A DNA stretch of 55,592 bases, filler included, from Platydemus manokwari (lineage: Eukaryota): NCBI GenBank assembly GCA_037951405.1. It is 4 parts of 4 records of this genome, joined end to end, with 100 filler letters (N's around TTAATTAATTAA, not from the genome) between each part and the next. Parts side by side here need not be neighbours in the genome. Positions count along the whole stretch, not along the records: positions 1 to 11,356 come from JBBMOY010738870.1; positions 11,457 to 33,222 come from JBBMOY011289205.1; 2 more parts are not named here. One strand, given 5' to 3'. This document shows, in pieces, positions 1-12,499 of the stretch; position 1 is the first letter of the stretch, and each line of letters begins with the position of its first letter. The notes beneath the pieces are model-generated. The model did no database searches and was not told where the DNA came from. It worked only from the letters and a program-made list of their open reading frames with translations. The translations under genes were made by a program, and so were the position numbers.

Positions 1-955
1 TGATGTGGTTATTATATAATGTAAGGTTATTGATAAGGTTATTGATTATGTCATTCCAACCAAACAATAAAAATTAAAGCTTGTTCACAACAAATCTTCC
101 CTACCAACATATTTGTATCTTAACGCTCATTTCATACTGGTATACATTACAAATCAAGATTACAGTAGCAAAAATACTGTTAAAACTCAGTATCCAATCA
201 ACAGCATTATATATACATCAAAACCTTTCAACTGAGTTAGAACAGTAGTTAAATATCCAATATCTCTTTGTTTAACCTTGAAAAATGGAAATGTTATATT
301 CGCGATCCCAAAAAGATTGTAGTTCTATTAAAAATTGCTTATGAGTGTAGGATAATAACGTGCTCAAGTTATACCTCAATCGGTGCTCGTAGACCGGCTC
401 GATAGTGGAATTGACTATTTTAAATAATTCCTCGAATAGAAGAGATTAAATTCCAAAAAATTCGAAAATAGATCAATTTTATTTCTGGTAGAATAACACA
501 CCTATACAAGTAACTGTCAATGGATAGGTTAATTACCAATCAAATATTATGTATTTTGTATTTTGTGGATACCTTTTTGCTATTTTCTTTCTTATATATG
601 ATTTGTTCACTAAAACTAAATTTTGGATCCTCAACATTCACCTTTTAGAAGTGACATATTATTGGTGATTTTATTTCAAGTTTTTCTGCTCATGTTTGTT
701 CTACATTTATTGCCGAAGATATTTGAATGTACTGCCTAGAGCTGATTGATTTTTGAGAATAAATAATACTGATAAGGTTATTAATATTATTTTACATATA
801 CTATCATTATTTTTATTATTAAATTATTATTATATTTATTATAATTAATTATTTATTTATTCTAAACACATCAATTTATCATCATCGATTTAATCGCATT
901 CTTTTCTTTTGATATATTTAATATTTACAAATAATTGCTGATATCTCTTCTGTAG

Positions 956-3900
956 ATATGAAATGTCGGGTTTTATGATTTTATCAGAAAGCGTCGATCT
1001 GATTAGCGACAAACCAAAATTAATTCCGGCAACCATTTATGAAACATTAGTTTTCATTCATCAATTTGCTGCGCGACCTACTCTAGACATTGATCACCTG
1101 TGTAAGTATAAAAAAGACCTGTCTGCCTATACAGATCATAATCATGATGGACCCGGATTTCTTACGTGGCATCGATATTTCATGATTCAATGGGAACGTA
1201 TGTCAGCTGAAATTGCCAGAAAATATTTTCATTTCGATGATTTCACATTTCCCTATTGGGATTGGACTAACAAAAATTACTGTGACGTATGCATCAATGA
1301 TATTCTTGGAGATCCAGGAGAATCGTTTGGTAGCAGTATGAGACTTGATTGGAAAAGCACATTCTATAATTGGGTAGAAATATGTCCAAGTAAGACATCA
1401 GAGATTATTTATTTATTTAGGCTTTATGTGTTTTTATGATTTCACTTATTGAATTGTGATAGGTTGAGATTATATTATTTAAATGGCCTAAAAACGTCTT
1501 ATATCAATCCTAGGAGTTTTTACATAACCCTCAGGTGTAGTAATATATATAATGATCTTTCTTCGTCTGGTACTCCAACTACGAGTACTGTGAGGAAAAT
1601 TGAAATTTAAATAAATTTAAATGGAACAAATTTCGATCATTTTGAAAATAAATTACCTAAAAATGTACTCATTTCAAAAGTTTAAAAAATTTGAATTTGG
1701 TGGTTTAATACAAATTTTATGACATAACTTTTGATTAATTTTAATATTTTTATTTACGCATTTTAACATTCATATTCCTGATTAAGATTGGCAATAACTG
1801 AAGTCCTATTGGAAATGTTTGTTTGAAAATATTTAATTGGTTTTTAATAATCAATATATCGTTAAACTTATCGATGACTAATTCTAACGAATTTCAAAAT
1901 TTAAGTGAAGTAGCTACTACTGACAAGAATTATGTAAACGGTGTTGGTCACTATTTTTTTAAACTTGATTAAACTATGACCTACGAATTTTATTGCACTC
2001 TGTGCTTGGTATGTCTTAACTATTATTGGAGCAAACAATTATAAGATCTATTTATTAATTATTTCAATTATCAGAATTTTTTCAAGTTTATAGCAATAAT
2101 AAAGTTAATGATGATGATATTTGGATTATTACTATTAGATTAAAATGATATAAAAACTATTAACAAATATAAATAACCATTAAGACGAAATCGAGACAAT
2201 TAATTTACAAAAACATATTATGGGAATTCATCAGTACAATATGCATGGATACAGTTTGAATATACTACAATTTTGTGATTCACTATCTCTTCATGATCTA
2301 CTGGAGACAAATCGATTTCAAAGAGTTGGCATAAATAAAATAGTTAACGAGGTTTGAATAGATTTTAAAATTGTAATGGTTTTCATCCCAATCGATGGTT
2401 TTCCCGAATCTGCTTCATTTCACTCTCATTTTAAACTATGCACTGCATATATGTTTAATGGGTTTCTTAAAAACTATTCTTGATTATTCGGTAAGTATGA
2501 GCTAGGCTGTTGCAGTGCTTTCTTATCATATAGGCCATTTAATATGTTGGCCCAGGTATTTACAGCGACTTGGTGTCTTATCTGAGTGACAGAAAATATT
2601 CTCTAGGATTATTTTCACTGGTTTCAAATTGTCTACAGTCGACTCACATAAACTACTGAGTGTCATTTTTTACTTTAATTCTATTGATTATTTTTGTGTC
2701 AAATTCAATGCTATCATGAGTTTAATGGATTTAATTTTGTAAAGATTTATATTTAATGAATCTTTAATCACCAAGCTTTCTCTGAATCCAAAAACAAATA
2801 TTTGTAACTTGAGAGGTATTTTTAAAACAAAAACATACCAAAAATGAGACAATTATATTTTTAAGTTTTACAGAACTTTCAACGTTAAAACTTGTCATTC
2901 CTGAATCAATTGACGACAAAAGACTCCAGCTATCAGCGTAGACTACTTGTGTAAAATACAAGTGTCTGCAATCAAAATAAATACTGTTAAATTTACTCAA
3001 TGAAACTCATTCATAACCTTTATCATTACAAATTTATAAATTCATAAGCTTATATACTTATATACTTGCTGATATCAGGTACTTTGTACCTCAAATTTTA
3101 CCATCACTCTTACAAAATTTTAAACATTTTACTATTCTGGACCTCTGTTTAAACTTTATTACTGGCATTATAAACTTTTGTATAAGTTAAATTTGATTTT
3201 AATAACTAATATGAAACAATTTATTCTAATAATTTTTCTGTTATTAAATAAAATTTATATAATAATTATAACATTTTTTATTATTACTACTTTATGCAAT
3301 TTTATTTTTACAATTGTTCTGTACATAACATAAAATCAGAAATTATAAATCATAAAGAATCATAGAGAAATATCACGATTATTTAAAGGATCCAATCAAT
3401 GTAAAAGTCAATGTCTAAAGAAATAAATGATGATCACAAAGGATCAAATTATTAATGTATTTTGGATTGGGTTGATTTGCAGCACTCAAAGGAATTCGAT
3501 GATTTGTTCTTAAGGAGTGATCCTATCTAGACCCCAGGCATCCGGGTCTACACTCCAATTCTTCTTATTTCAAATCTTTTTCTTCTCTTCCCAGTCTGTC
3601 TATATGTTCCCAACAATTCAATGCGATAAAATTGAAAATCTATTGAATTAAATGACAACTTCAAAAATTAGTTAAAGGAGTTGAAAAATTATATACATAC
3701 GATGTGATAGATAAAATATTTACACGTTAATTTGCAGTTTATTTCTTCAGTTGGAATTATATAAAGATAATATTTTCAGTGGATTACAAAGAGCTCTGTT
3801 ATAATAACACATACACCATTCCCATTTTATTTGTAAACCTCGTCAATAAACAAACCACCGAGTAGCATTGGTCACCAATTTATAATCATAAGCAACTCTA

Positions 3901-5061
3901 TTAACCATCCATCATTGACAATTGATAAGATATTTGACAAAGCAGTCGAAAAATAATATAGAGGTCTCAATAAAATCAACTTGATACTACTAAGGTATAG
4001 CATAAGAGAGACGATTTAATATAATTAATATATTCATGATAATCTTCAAGTTAAACACAGAGAATTCTTTGGGATAAAACACAACTAGCAACTGATATAG
4101 ATAATATAAATTTTCAATAACACCAAAACCCCATTAACAGTTCAACTATATAGTATACAAACAGAAGACGTGCATCTGATAAATATAAGATAAATTATTA
4201 CGTAGAAGATAAAAATACCTTTTTATGATAAAAAAATATATTGATGATGAGTACATATGCTTTCTGCTTTACCAATTTATTCGCAATCTTCAATTTTACA
4301 AATTAGCAAGTTGACTTCGAAAATATAAAAACTTTATTCTGGGAAACATACAAATACCTATTAAGCGATGGTAATGCAAAATGCAAATAAACCTACTAAT
4401 TTATCATTATCAACATTGAAATGACAAATATCTTGATGGTTCATATTTATTTATAATTTTAGTGGAACCATTCAGTTTATGTGCACCTTGCAATTTGGAA
4501 AATCCAATTTCAGTGCCAATCTCTAGAAAATGGATGGAGAACCAATTCCCAACCATGATGGAAATATACCAAACTCTCGAACTTACCGACTATTACAAAA
4601 CAGTCTATCGAGGATCATACGTTCTTGTAGAAAATGTACTTACATTGACATATCAACACAACAAACCATGTGAATCTTTTGCATCTGCTTTGGAAGGTAG
4701 TTGTAAGATCCAAAATGAATTTTCAATGCACAACAAGGTGATATATATACTCTTACGTAATTGCTCATTATTATCAACATTATAGATACATAATATGGTT
4801 TCGGGGACATTTCATGATTCTAGGACATCTGTCAATGATCCTTTATTTGTATTACATCATATACAAATAGATCGAATTTTTGAGTTATGGATTCGCAAAC
4901 ACCGATACAGTCTACCTTATATATTTCCCAAACGCGTAATTCAACATGGCCATTGTTATCAATGTTATATTGTTGGATTCATGCCTCCTGTTAGGCACAA
5001 AGATATTTTTAAACCATCTTTTAATTTTGGATACGATTATGATTCGTTTGAATTCGGATAA
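956..5061 (+). CDS. Tyrosinase (type-3 copper oxidase), 3' three exons; 5' exons not found in window
   Basis: Exons 956-1389, 4463-4737 and 4786-5061 have GT-AG boundaries and matching phases (CCA A|TG GAA; AAG|ATA CAT). CuA: LVFIHQ...HNHDGPGFLTWHR. CuB: MHNK|IHNM...SVNDPLFVLHHIQIDRIFELW. AATAAA lies just after the stop. No C-terminal transmembrane segment. Confidence 0.93.
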
Positions 5062-5843
5062 AAATAAAGTTATTGAGTGAATAATTGATTGATTTGGATC
5101 TTGTTAATTATATGGCAGAAAACTATTTAACCAATAATATTCATTTACAAGTTTACACTCGAATGAGGATGATTATTTGTGATTCACACCAGGACACTTA
5201 AATGTGAAATAATTTAATAAATTTTATTGATTTTCCCTATAAAGTTATATAACATTATAATTAAAATTATAAAACATTAAATTGAATAAGATCTTCAGTA
5301 TTTTATCTGATGAAAATAATACATTATGATAAAGGCATTGAGGGAATTTAAGATGTGCCCAAGCATTAACTATGATTATATATTCGAATCATTGTAAAAC
5401 AATAAATAAAATTGATATTTTATTAATCAATTTGATTTGATAAGATATTTGACATCCAATCACCCACTGGCAATTCCTTTCAAGTTGACTTCCATTAGCG
5501 CATCATGTGAGAGTTCAGTGAATAAATCGAGCAACAGAATTATTAGTTGGAATCAATGTTAAGATGGGAAGAGATTGACAAATTGTGGAGGAAATTATTG
5601 CCAAATAGTGTCAAAAATATTCTATTAAAAGCATTGAAACAAAATCGTCTCAACTCTTTTTATCTCGTTTTCCTTTATCGATTATTATAAAACTGAGTTT
5701 GAAAATGCCTCGAAATCTCATGATCCTCCTTATCAAACAGGTGATGGAGCTATGGGAATCAATAAATAGCTTTAGCCGCCCAAAATATGCCCAACAAATC
5801 AATGAAAGTCAAAAGCAACAATTTTATTAATAAAGACAAAAAA

Positions 5844-8800
5844 TTATCGTCTACTTCGTCGACCACCTCTTCTTGCTCTAAATTGACCACCGCGACCCCG
5901 ACGAGCTCCAGCACTATTGTGGAAGCTAGCGTGTTCCAATTGCATCAGATCGCACATTTTCTTGTCGCAAAACACACAACCGCTGAATAGATGATCATCA
6001 CTGCTGCCGTTATCCTTCTAAACACAAATATATTTATCGATTAAGAAGCGCTTCAGTGCGTGTACCGCGCCGGGTACACAATGACAACTCGAACTTACCG
6101 GGTTCAATTTCACTTGGAGATGAATCGAGCTACAGAATTCACAGGATGTTTGCAACAAATTGACCGTGACGATGCTCGGTTGCATCATAATGAACACTGG
6201 GCACCTTAATGAGGAGGAGGAGAGAGAGGGGGGGTTAAATATGAATGAAGGGTGGTGAGATGTGAACAACTTACTCATTGCATTGCAACTTGAATCGTGG
6301 AGCATTGCTGTCGTCTAGCAACAATAATCCATGAGAACATTCATGACAAGCCGTGACAACAAGCTTGGTTTGCGATTGAGGACAATCGGGATGTGTGCAT
6401 TTATTACATCCCGAATGTTTTCCCATGTCCTCGAATGGTGGGTTGGTGTAGCAATAAGGGCACAGCACGAAGCTCTAAACAAGAAATATGATAGCAATGA
6501 CGATGTGTGGTGATGAATGATGATGAAGAGAGGAGAGAGAGGGAGAAGGAAGGATGTGAGAGAAGAGGAGAGGAGAAGAAAGGAGAGACGGAAGGAGGTG
6601 AGAGCAGAAGAGAGAAGAGTGAGGTGAAAGAAAAGAAAGAGGAGAGACGGAAGGAAGTGAGAAAGGAGTGAAGAAAGGACAGGAGAGTAGAGAGGAAAAG
6701 AGAAGAGATGAGGGGAGGTGAAAGAAAAAAAGAGGAGAGACAAAAGAAAGTGAGAAAGGAGTGAAGAGAGGAGAGATGAGGTGAGCAATAAACAATAACA
6801 ATGTCTCACCTTTCCTTTGGTTCCTTGAGTCCAAAGAACCAATTCAAAACCATCCAAAGGACATTTAGCTTGTTTATATTGTCTCACGGTGCCACCCGAT
6901 GGTAAAGAACACGTCGAGCGACAATTCGTGCAATGCAATCGTTGAGGAACTGATGTGATCAATTTCATATATCGATTGCATTTGCCACATCGACTTAATG
7001 GTTTGCCAGTATCGGCTAAGCTGGAAAATGTGTCCTCGAATAATTGATTCATCGCCTCGATTTTCTCCACAAAATATTTGAATTTGGCAGAGAAAACGGT
7101 TGTCGTGTGGTTGACGACAGCTTGGTGATCTGCTTGTCCCTACAGAAACCATATATATATATGAGTCATCACAATCCCGTTGTCAAGGAAACCCGTAGAC
7201 ATTACCTTAGCAATTAAATCGAGCTGCTCCTCAACAGCAGATCGCATGTGCGGCAATACTAATTCCGGATCGATAAGCCGATATCCATGAACGAGCGCGA
7301 TACCCAGCTTGGTGGGTTGCACCTTTCTGCCGGCCACAATCTGAACATAATTGCGATCGACAATGTTCTGGATATGCACGGGAATGCTGGCATCTGTGCC
7401 GATACCGTGTTTCTCCATTTTTGAGATCAGCTCGGATTCCGTTAAATAATCTGGCGGTCCAGTTTGACCCTCTTTCAGGCTCGAACCCCCAATGATATCG
7501 AATCGTTGGCCGACCCTCATATCGACAGGCAGCGACACATCATCTTGACCTTTCCATGGCATCACAGCGAGAAATCCCGGCTCAATCATCTTTCTGGCCG
7601 TCACGACAAACGTTTCGAACTCGCCGACCTTCAGAGTAACTTTTCGGACTTCCATTCGACAATCGGCCATCAGCTGAATGTGTATTCAGATCATCATCAA
7701 AACGTGTTTCCATGACAACGACAACAATAGATCTCACCGTTGCTATGTAATGCTGAGCGATATAATCGTACAATCGTTGAGCATCACCACTAAGCTCACC
7801 AGGATTGGCCGGTCGCATCGGAGTGATGGGAGGGTGATCACCAGCGTCAACACCTTTACGAGGTCGTGTAAAGCCTTGATCGAGCAATGCTTTGGCGATT
7901 GTGCCCCATTCGGGATGGTTTTTCTACAAATCAATCAATCAATACCCACCGGGTCCCCAGCAATACCCAAAAGCCAAACCTGACTCTGCAGTGGGCCTCT
8001 GAGATCGAAACTGTCTGAATAATGTGTTGTCTCGGTACGGGGATAACTGATAAAGCCTTGTGTGTACAATTTTTCCGCTAGAGACATGCACGCACTGGGC
8101 CCGATGCCGAGACCGCTACTGGCTATTCGCAACATTTCCACTGTGTTCAATGCTTGCGGGCGATGCTTGATTGATTCCGACACGGAAACCGATATAACTC
8201 TGACGACGACAAAAATGAAACGGTTTCATGATTTTTTTTATCAATGTTTTACTCGGCTTTCGTTTCCGGTTTCGTCAATCCGAGAAAATAATTGGCGACT
8301 GATTTGTCAAAGATTCTGCCACGATTCCATTCCAGTTCGACCGAGTGCTCGTTTTTATCACCACAAACAATCTGTCAAATCAAATCAGACTGTCACACAC
8401 ACACACAGAGATTATAATGATTATATTCTACTTGAATCTTCAATATCCAAAACGTTTCCGGTTTAAAACTTTGTATTTTATCATGTCTCTCCACACAGAA
8501 TCCCAATGTGGGAGTCTGACAAGGACCAAATGATATCAATTTACTATCAAGATCGCCATATTTACCCTGAAATTCATTAAAGAAGAACCAATAATAAATC
8601 TCTCCACAACAACACTATAAAGATAACTTGGAAATATTTCGTTTGATATCTTGTAAAAGCACAACCGATTCGTAAATCAAGCTCCTGTCGAGCATCGACT
8701 GACAAGGCTTCGAGTTTATTCGGTTTTTGTAAATTTTGCATTGCTCCTCGCAACTCTTGATCGGTTATAGCACTAAATTTGGCTCGAAATATTCTACACT

Positions 8801-9381
8801 ATATCATCACATTTGAAATCAATTCATTGAAATTTTAAGGTTTACTTGATTACTAATCACATTGCCAATGGAATCCAAAACTTCAAAGCATATATTTTCA
8901 CCTTCTTTATCACAATCAAGCCATAAAATTACTATCCCGCAACCATGGGCCTGTATTTTTCGCACAATTTAATTTAATATAAATAATATTTAGTATAGTT
9001 TTAACCTCTTTTTGTAAAAAATTGACCATTTTCAATTTTGGGTTAGCCTCCTGTTTATATGTGGAAGCAGAAAATAATTCAATCTGAGAAACAACAAAAA
9101 AAATAAATTAATAACCACCAGAAAAATTGTACCGGATCTACTGCGTCCCAATTATTATATTTCGAACTAAAATTTAGAGCCATAACATGGCCGCATACAG
9201 AAGTCATTTTGTATTTTACCTTATCCGATCTACCGTAGTTATCATTAAATACACCATTCCATTCATGGATAGAACAGGCACCATTAAAACCTTTCCTCGT
9301 AGAAAATTGATTGAAAGACAATGACTTGGCTATAGATTGAGCCAATGAAGGCTTTTCAGCCACCATAAATACAGTTTGCAT
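5844..9381 (-). CDS. TOP3B: DNA topoisomerase III beta, 13 exons, 846 aa
   Basis: Exons (minus): 9381-9133, 9083-9006, 8950-8846, 8798-8628, 8566-8432, 8371-8253, 8199-7980, 7923-7738, 7673-7206, 7139-6810, 6474-6275, 6204-6099, 6017-5844. All are GT-AG and in phase, 2541 nt total. Motifs: [49 protein letters not shown], catalytic [21 protein letters not shown], CxxC zinc fingers and an RG-rich tail [16 protein letters not shown]. Confidence 0.97.
6520..6786. repeat. GA-rich polypurine/polypyrimidine low-complexity tract in TOP3B intron 10
   Basis: Almost entirely A/G on the + strand. Contains an imperfect ~54-nt unit twice (6621-6674 and 6715-6767). Confidence 0.9.
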
Positions 9382-9727
9382 ATATAACAATTGAAGATAT
9401 CAAAATTATTAAACTTTGAACAAAACTTGCAGGTTAATATTAAAACAAATGGCTAAAGTTAAAAAATAGGGTCCGCAATAAAATTTTAAAATTTTGGATT
9501 GTATTGCAAGAATCTATTTAGCTTATTTAATTAAATTCTTTAATAACATTTTGAATTTTTTATTTAAGTACTTAAGTAAAATTTAATTATTTAGAATCAA
9601 ATAATACATGCACAGGATTTTTAAAATCTAAAAATTAATTATTTGAAAAACGGGTCAAAGTAGGTCAAAATGCAATTAATTGAAAATAAGCGAGAACCCC
9701 TTCTTTTAACACTCGAAACAATTGGAA

Positions 9728-10457
9728 TGATATCTATGATTTTTAGAGTTATTTTATAAAAAAGTTACTTCGAAATTTTTGGGAAATACCAGGAACAAGG
9801 TTCTTGCGTTTTCTCTCAAAATAAGTATTTTAATATCAATTTAATAAATTGGATACATAGATCCCAAACCTGTCGATGTTGTAATGAAATGGAGATTTGA
9901 TTCAAATCAAATAAATCGTGCAGGTGAAGATGCCACAAATATATCATTTTCGGAATTCAAATATGGACTTGATTCAACAATTCAGCCTTGCCCCTTTTCG
10001 ACATTCTGAATAAAGTATTTTTGGTCCACGGGGATAATCCAAAAAAATTATATTTAAAAATATATTATAATTACAAATCCATTAGTAAACTAACAATCAA
10101 CAAATAAAAATAAAACCAACAATTTAAAATTATTTATTAATATACAACAAAATTTCTAGATTCTTCCCCAATGAAGAAATATCTTGGCATGCAAATATAA
10201 TTGAAGGTATAATCGTCGTAGAAATTGTCGAGGAATGTTTAGAAAGTGCCAAATATGGTACCGGGCATCGAATACATCTTTTTTGATTGTTAGAGTTGAT
10301 TTTTGGTTTTTAATCTAAAATTGAATTTTATGTAAAAATTTAAATAAAAAATGATTACAAATAAATTTCAAATATATCAAAGATATCAAATAACTCACGA
10401 AAAGTCATTACTTTAAAATTGGATCAAAGGACCTTTTTTCTTAACTTAAGCCAAATA
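9728..10457 (-). repeat. Dispersed repeat of unknown identity, copy A (decayed exon-intron module)
   Basis: Reverse complement aligns by eye along ~720 nt with 49258-49975, for example GATACATAGATCCCAAACCTGTCGATGTTGTAATGAAAT. Has a GT...AG intron-like segment at 10394-10315. Confidence 0.9.
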
Positions 10458-11224
10458 AATTATCATATTATCAAATTAGTCGTTTAATTATTTCTCACTT
10501 GTTATGAATGTGTATATAAATCAAAAATCTATTCGGCATGTATTTAATATTAATAGTAATTTATTTTCTTAAATTTCAACAACTTTGAAATCACTGAAAT
10601 GTTTTTTAATAACATTTATTTCAATTTTGAATATTATATTAAAAAATTCTAATCACAGTTTCCAATAAAAACTTTTCGGTAAATTTGTTCAGGTTTAACT
10701 TCAACTTAACTAAGGTGGTTTTTAGAATTGCTGTATTTTTTTGATAATCAAAATGGGAATAAATAACGAAAACAAAATATAAATATATGATTATTCTACG
10801 ACTGCGAAAATTTGCTTCGATGAAACTATTTTCTTTGACTACGATTTCAAATCGCTACCAAATCTTATTCAATTCAATTTAATATTATAATTATGCTCAC
10901 AAGAGGGTTGCTTAAAATGTCACAGTCAGTACTGAACATTTGAGGTTCTTCTAAACTTACTCATCACCTGATCTTTTTCAGCTCCAGAGTTTGGTTGGAC
11001 TAATTCCAAAAACTGTTCTTATATTCTATTTCTAACTCATGTTAACACTTGTTAGATATCTTTTAATTTAATTTTTTTAGTTCACATTAAATTTTTGTTT
11101 TTCTAATTTCATGTCTCTGCAATTTTTAGTTGTTCAGTTTTAATTTTTGTCATTTTAATGTCTCGGAATTAGTTTTATTGGTTAAAAAATTCGATAAAAT
11201 AAATTTAATTAGCATAATTAGTTT

Positions 11225-11295
11225 TATGATTATGATGATGATTATTATGATTATTATTATGATTATCATTATGATTGTGATTATTATGATTATTA

Positions 11296-11356
<61 letters not shown>
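11225..11356. repeat. (ATT/ATG)n trinucleotide microsatellite at contig end
   Basis: ATG/ATT mix grading into pure (ATT)n that runs into the gap. Confidence 0.97.
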
Positions 11357-11456
11357 NNNNNNNNNNNNNNNNNNNNNNNNNNNNNNNNNNNNNNNNNNNN
11401 TTAATTAATTAANNNNNNNNNNNNNNNNNNNNNNNNNNNNNNNNNNNNNNNNNNNN
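11357..11456. other. Artificial contig linker
   Basis: N44-TTAATTAATTAA-N44, with stop codons in all six frames. Identical structure occurs three times. Confidence 0.98.
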
Positions 11457-12499
11457 TTCTTAAAACTATTTATTTTAATTTTTCAATTTATTATTGCTAA
11501 ATTATTATTGTACTTATTTAAATTATCCTCACAAATCTTTTAAATCACCAAATTTACTCATCTTCGTAAATACTAAATATTTTTAAAAATATGGTTAAAT
11601 TTGATTGGATTAATTTATCAAAAAATTAATTAATTTGCAAACAAATCCTATTTATAATTTACAAGAAACATTTAAAAATGGATTAGCAATTTTCGTTCTA
11701 CTAATTATAACTGGTATCAAATCATCTCATAATCACAGGCAAATCTAAAACATCTCATTGATTTGATTAAGTTTTTAATTAATTTTAAATCTAAGACGTT
11801 TTTCCGATAAACTCACTGTCTTTCCAGTTGACGATTAAGTATATGTATGTACTGTTTTCATGCTTATTAAGTGTTTCGGAACAAAAAATATGTTTTTAAT
11901 CATCCCTATTATATTTTATGAACATTGGCGGATAGAAATCAGACATATTTCAAGTTGAATAAACGGTGTTCCGTGGGAGGTGATATCTTATAACAACCTA
12001 TTTCTATGTGGCAAATAGTCAGGTCTATAAATAAACACACTAATAAAGAAATTTTACGCATGAAAAAATCTCTGTGGGCATAATTAATGCATTAGAGAGT
12101 AATAAATTTTAGAAATAAAACGTTGCCATCATTCGTTCATGGTTATATCGATATAAATTGTTTAATATGATTATTTATTGGTATTTATATTTTATATTAA
12201 TTGATGAAAAATGAATAGTGTAGTACAATTTGTGTTTGATAATAAGCTTCATTATAAAATAAATTACAATGCTTAGATATATAGCGATTTATTAATTTAT
12301 ATATATTTTCAAATCTCCAATATATTCGTTAACTAGTTTTCTCGAAATAGATTCATTGGTCTTAACTACTAACATGTCTGGTGAGACAAAAACAAAAGCT
12401 GGATACCATTTATAAACAATTAATAATTTTGATGTAAGCCACATTTAGATACTTTTATAAAAGTTTTATTATCCTAAAGAAGATCAAAATAAAAATTTG

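Noticed and set aside
3690-4000. Possible Penelope-like RT remnant in the tyrosinase intron (LELYKDN; IFDKAVEK*YRGL)
   Set aside because: Too degraded to support without a profile search.
6315-6810. Long hydrophobic Leu/Ser/Phe ORF extension (6315..7070 and 6475..6834)
   Set aside because: Translation of the CT-rich TOP3B intron 10. The true exon ends at the GT donor at 6809.
5787-8533. Several + strand ORFs overlapping TOP3B
   Set aside because: Antisense shadows of GC-richer coding exons with no recognisable motifs.
11130-11408. Poly-Ile ORF
   Set aside because: Translation of the ATT microsatellite and N gap.
11401-11412. Palindromic TTAATTAATTAA repeated three times (CRISPR-like or regulatory?)
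   Set aside because: Always centred in N runs of identical length, so it is an assembly linker.
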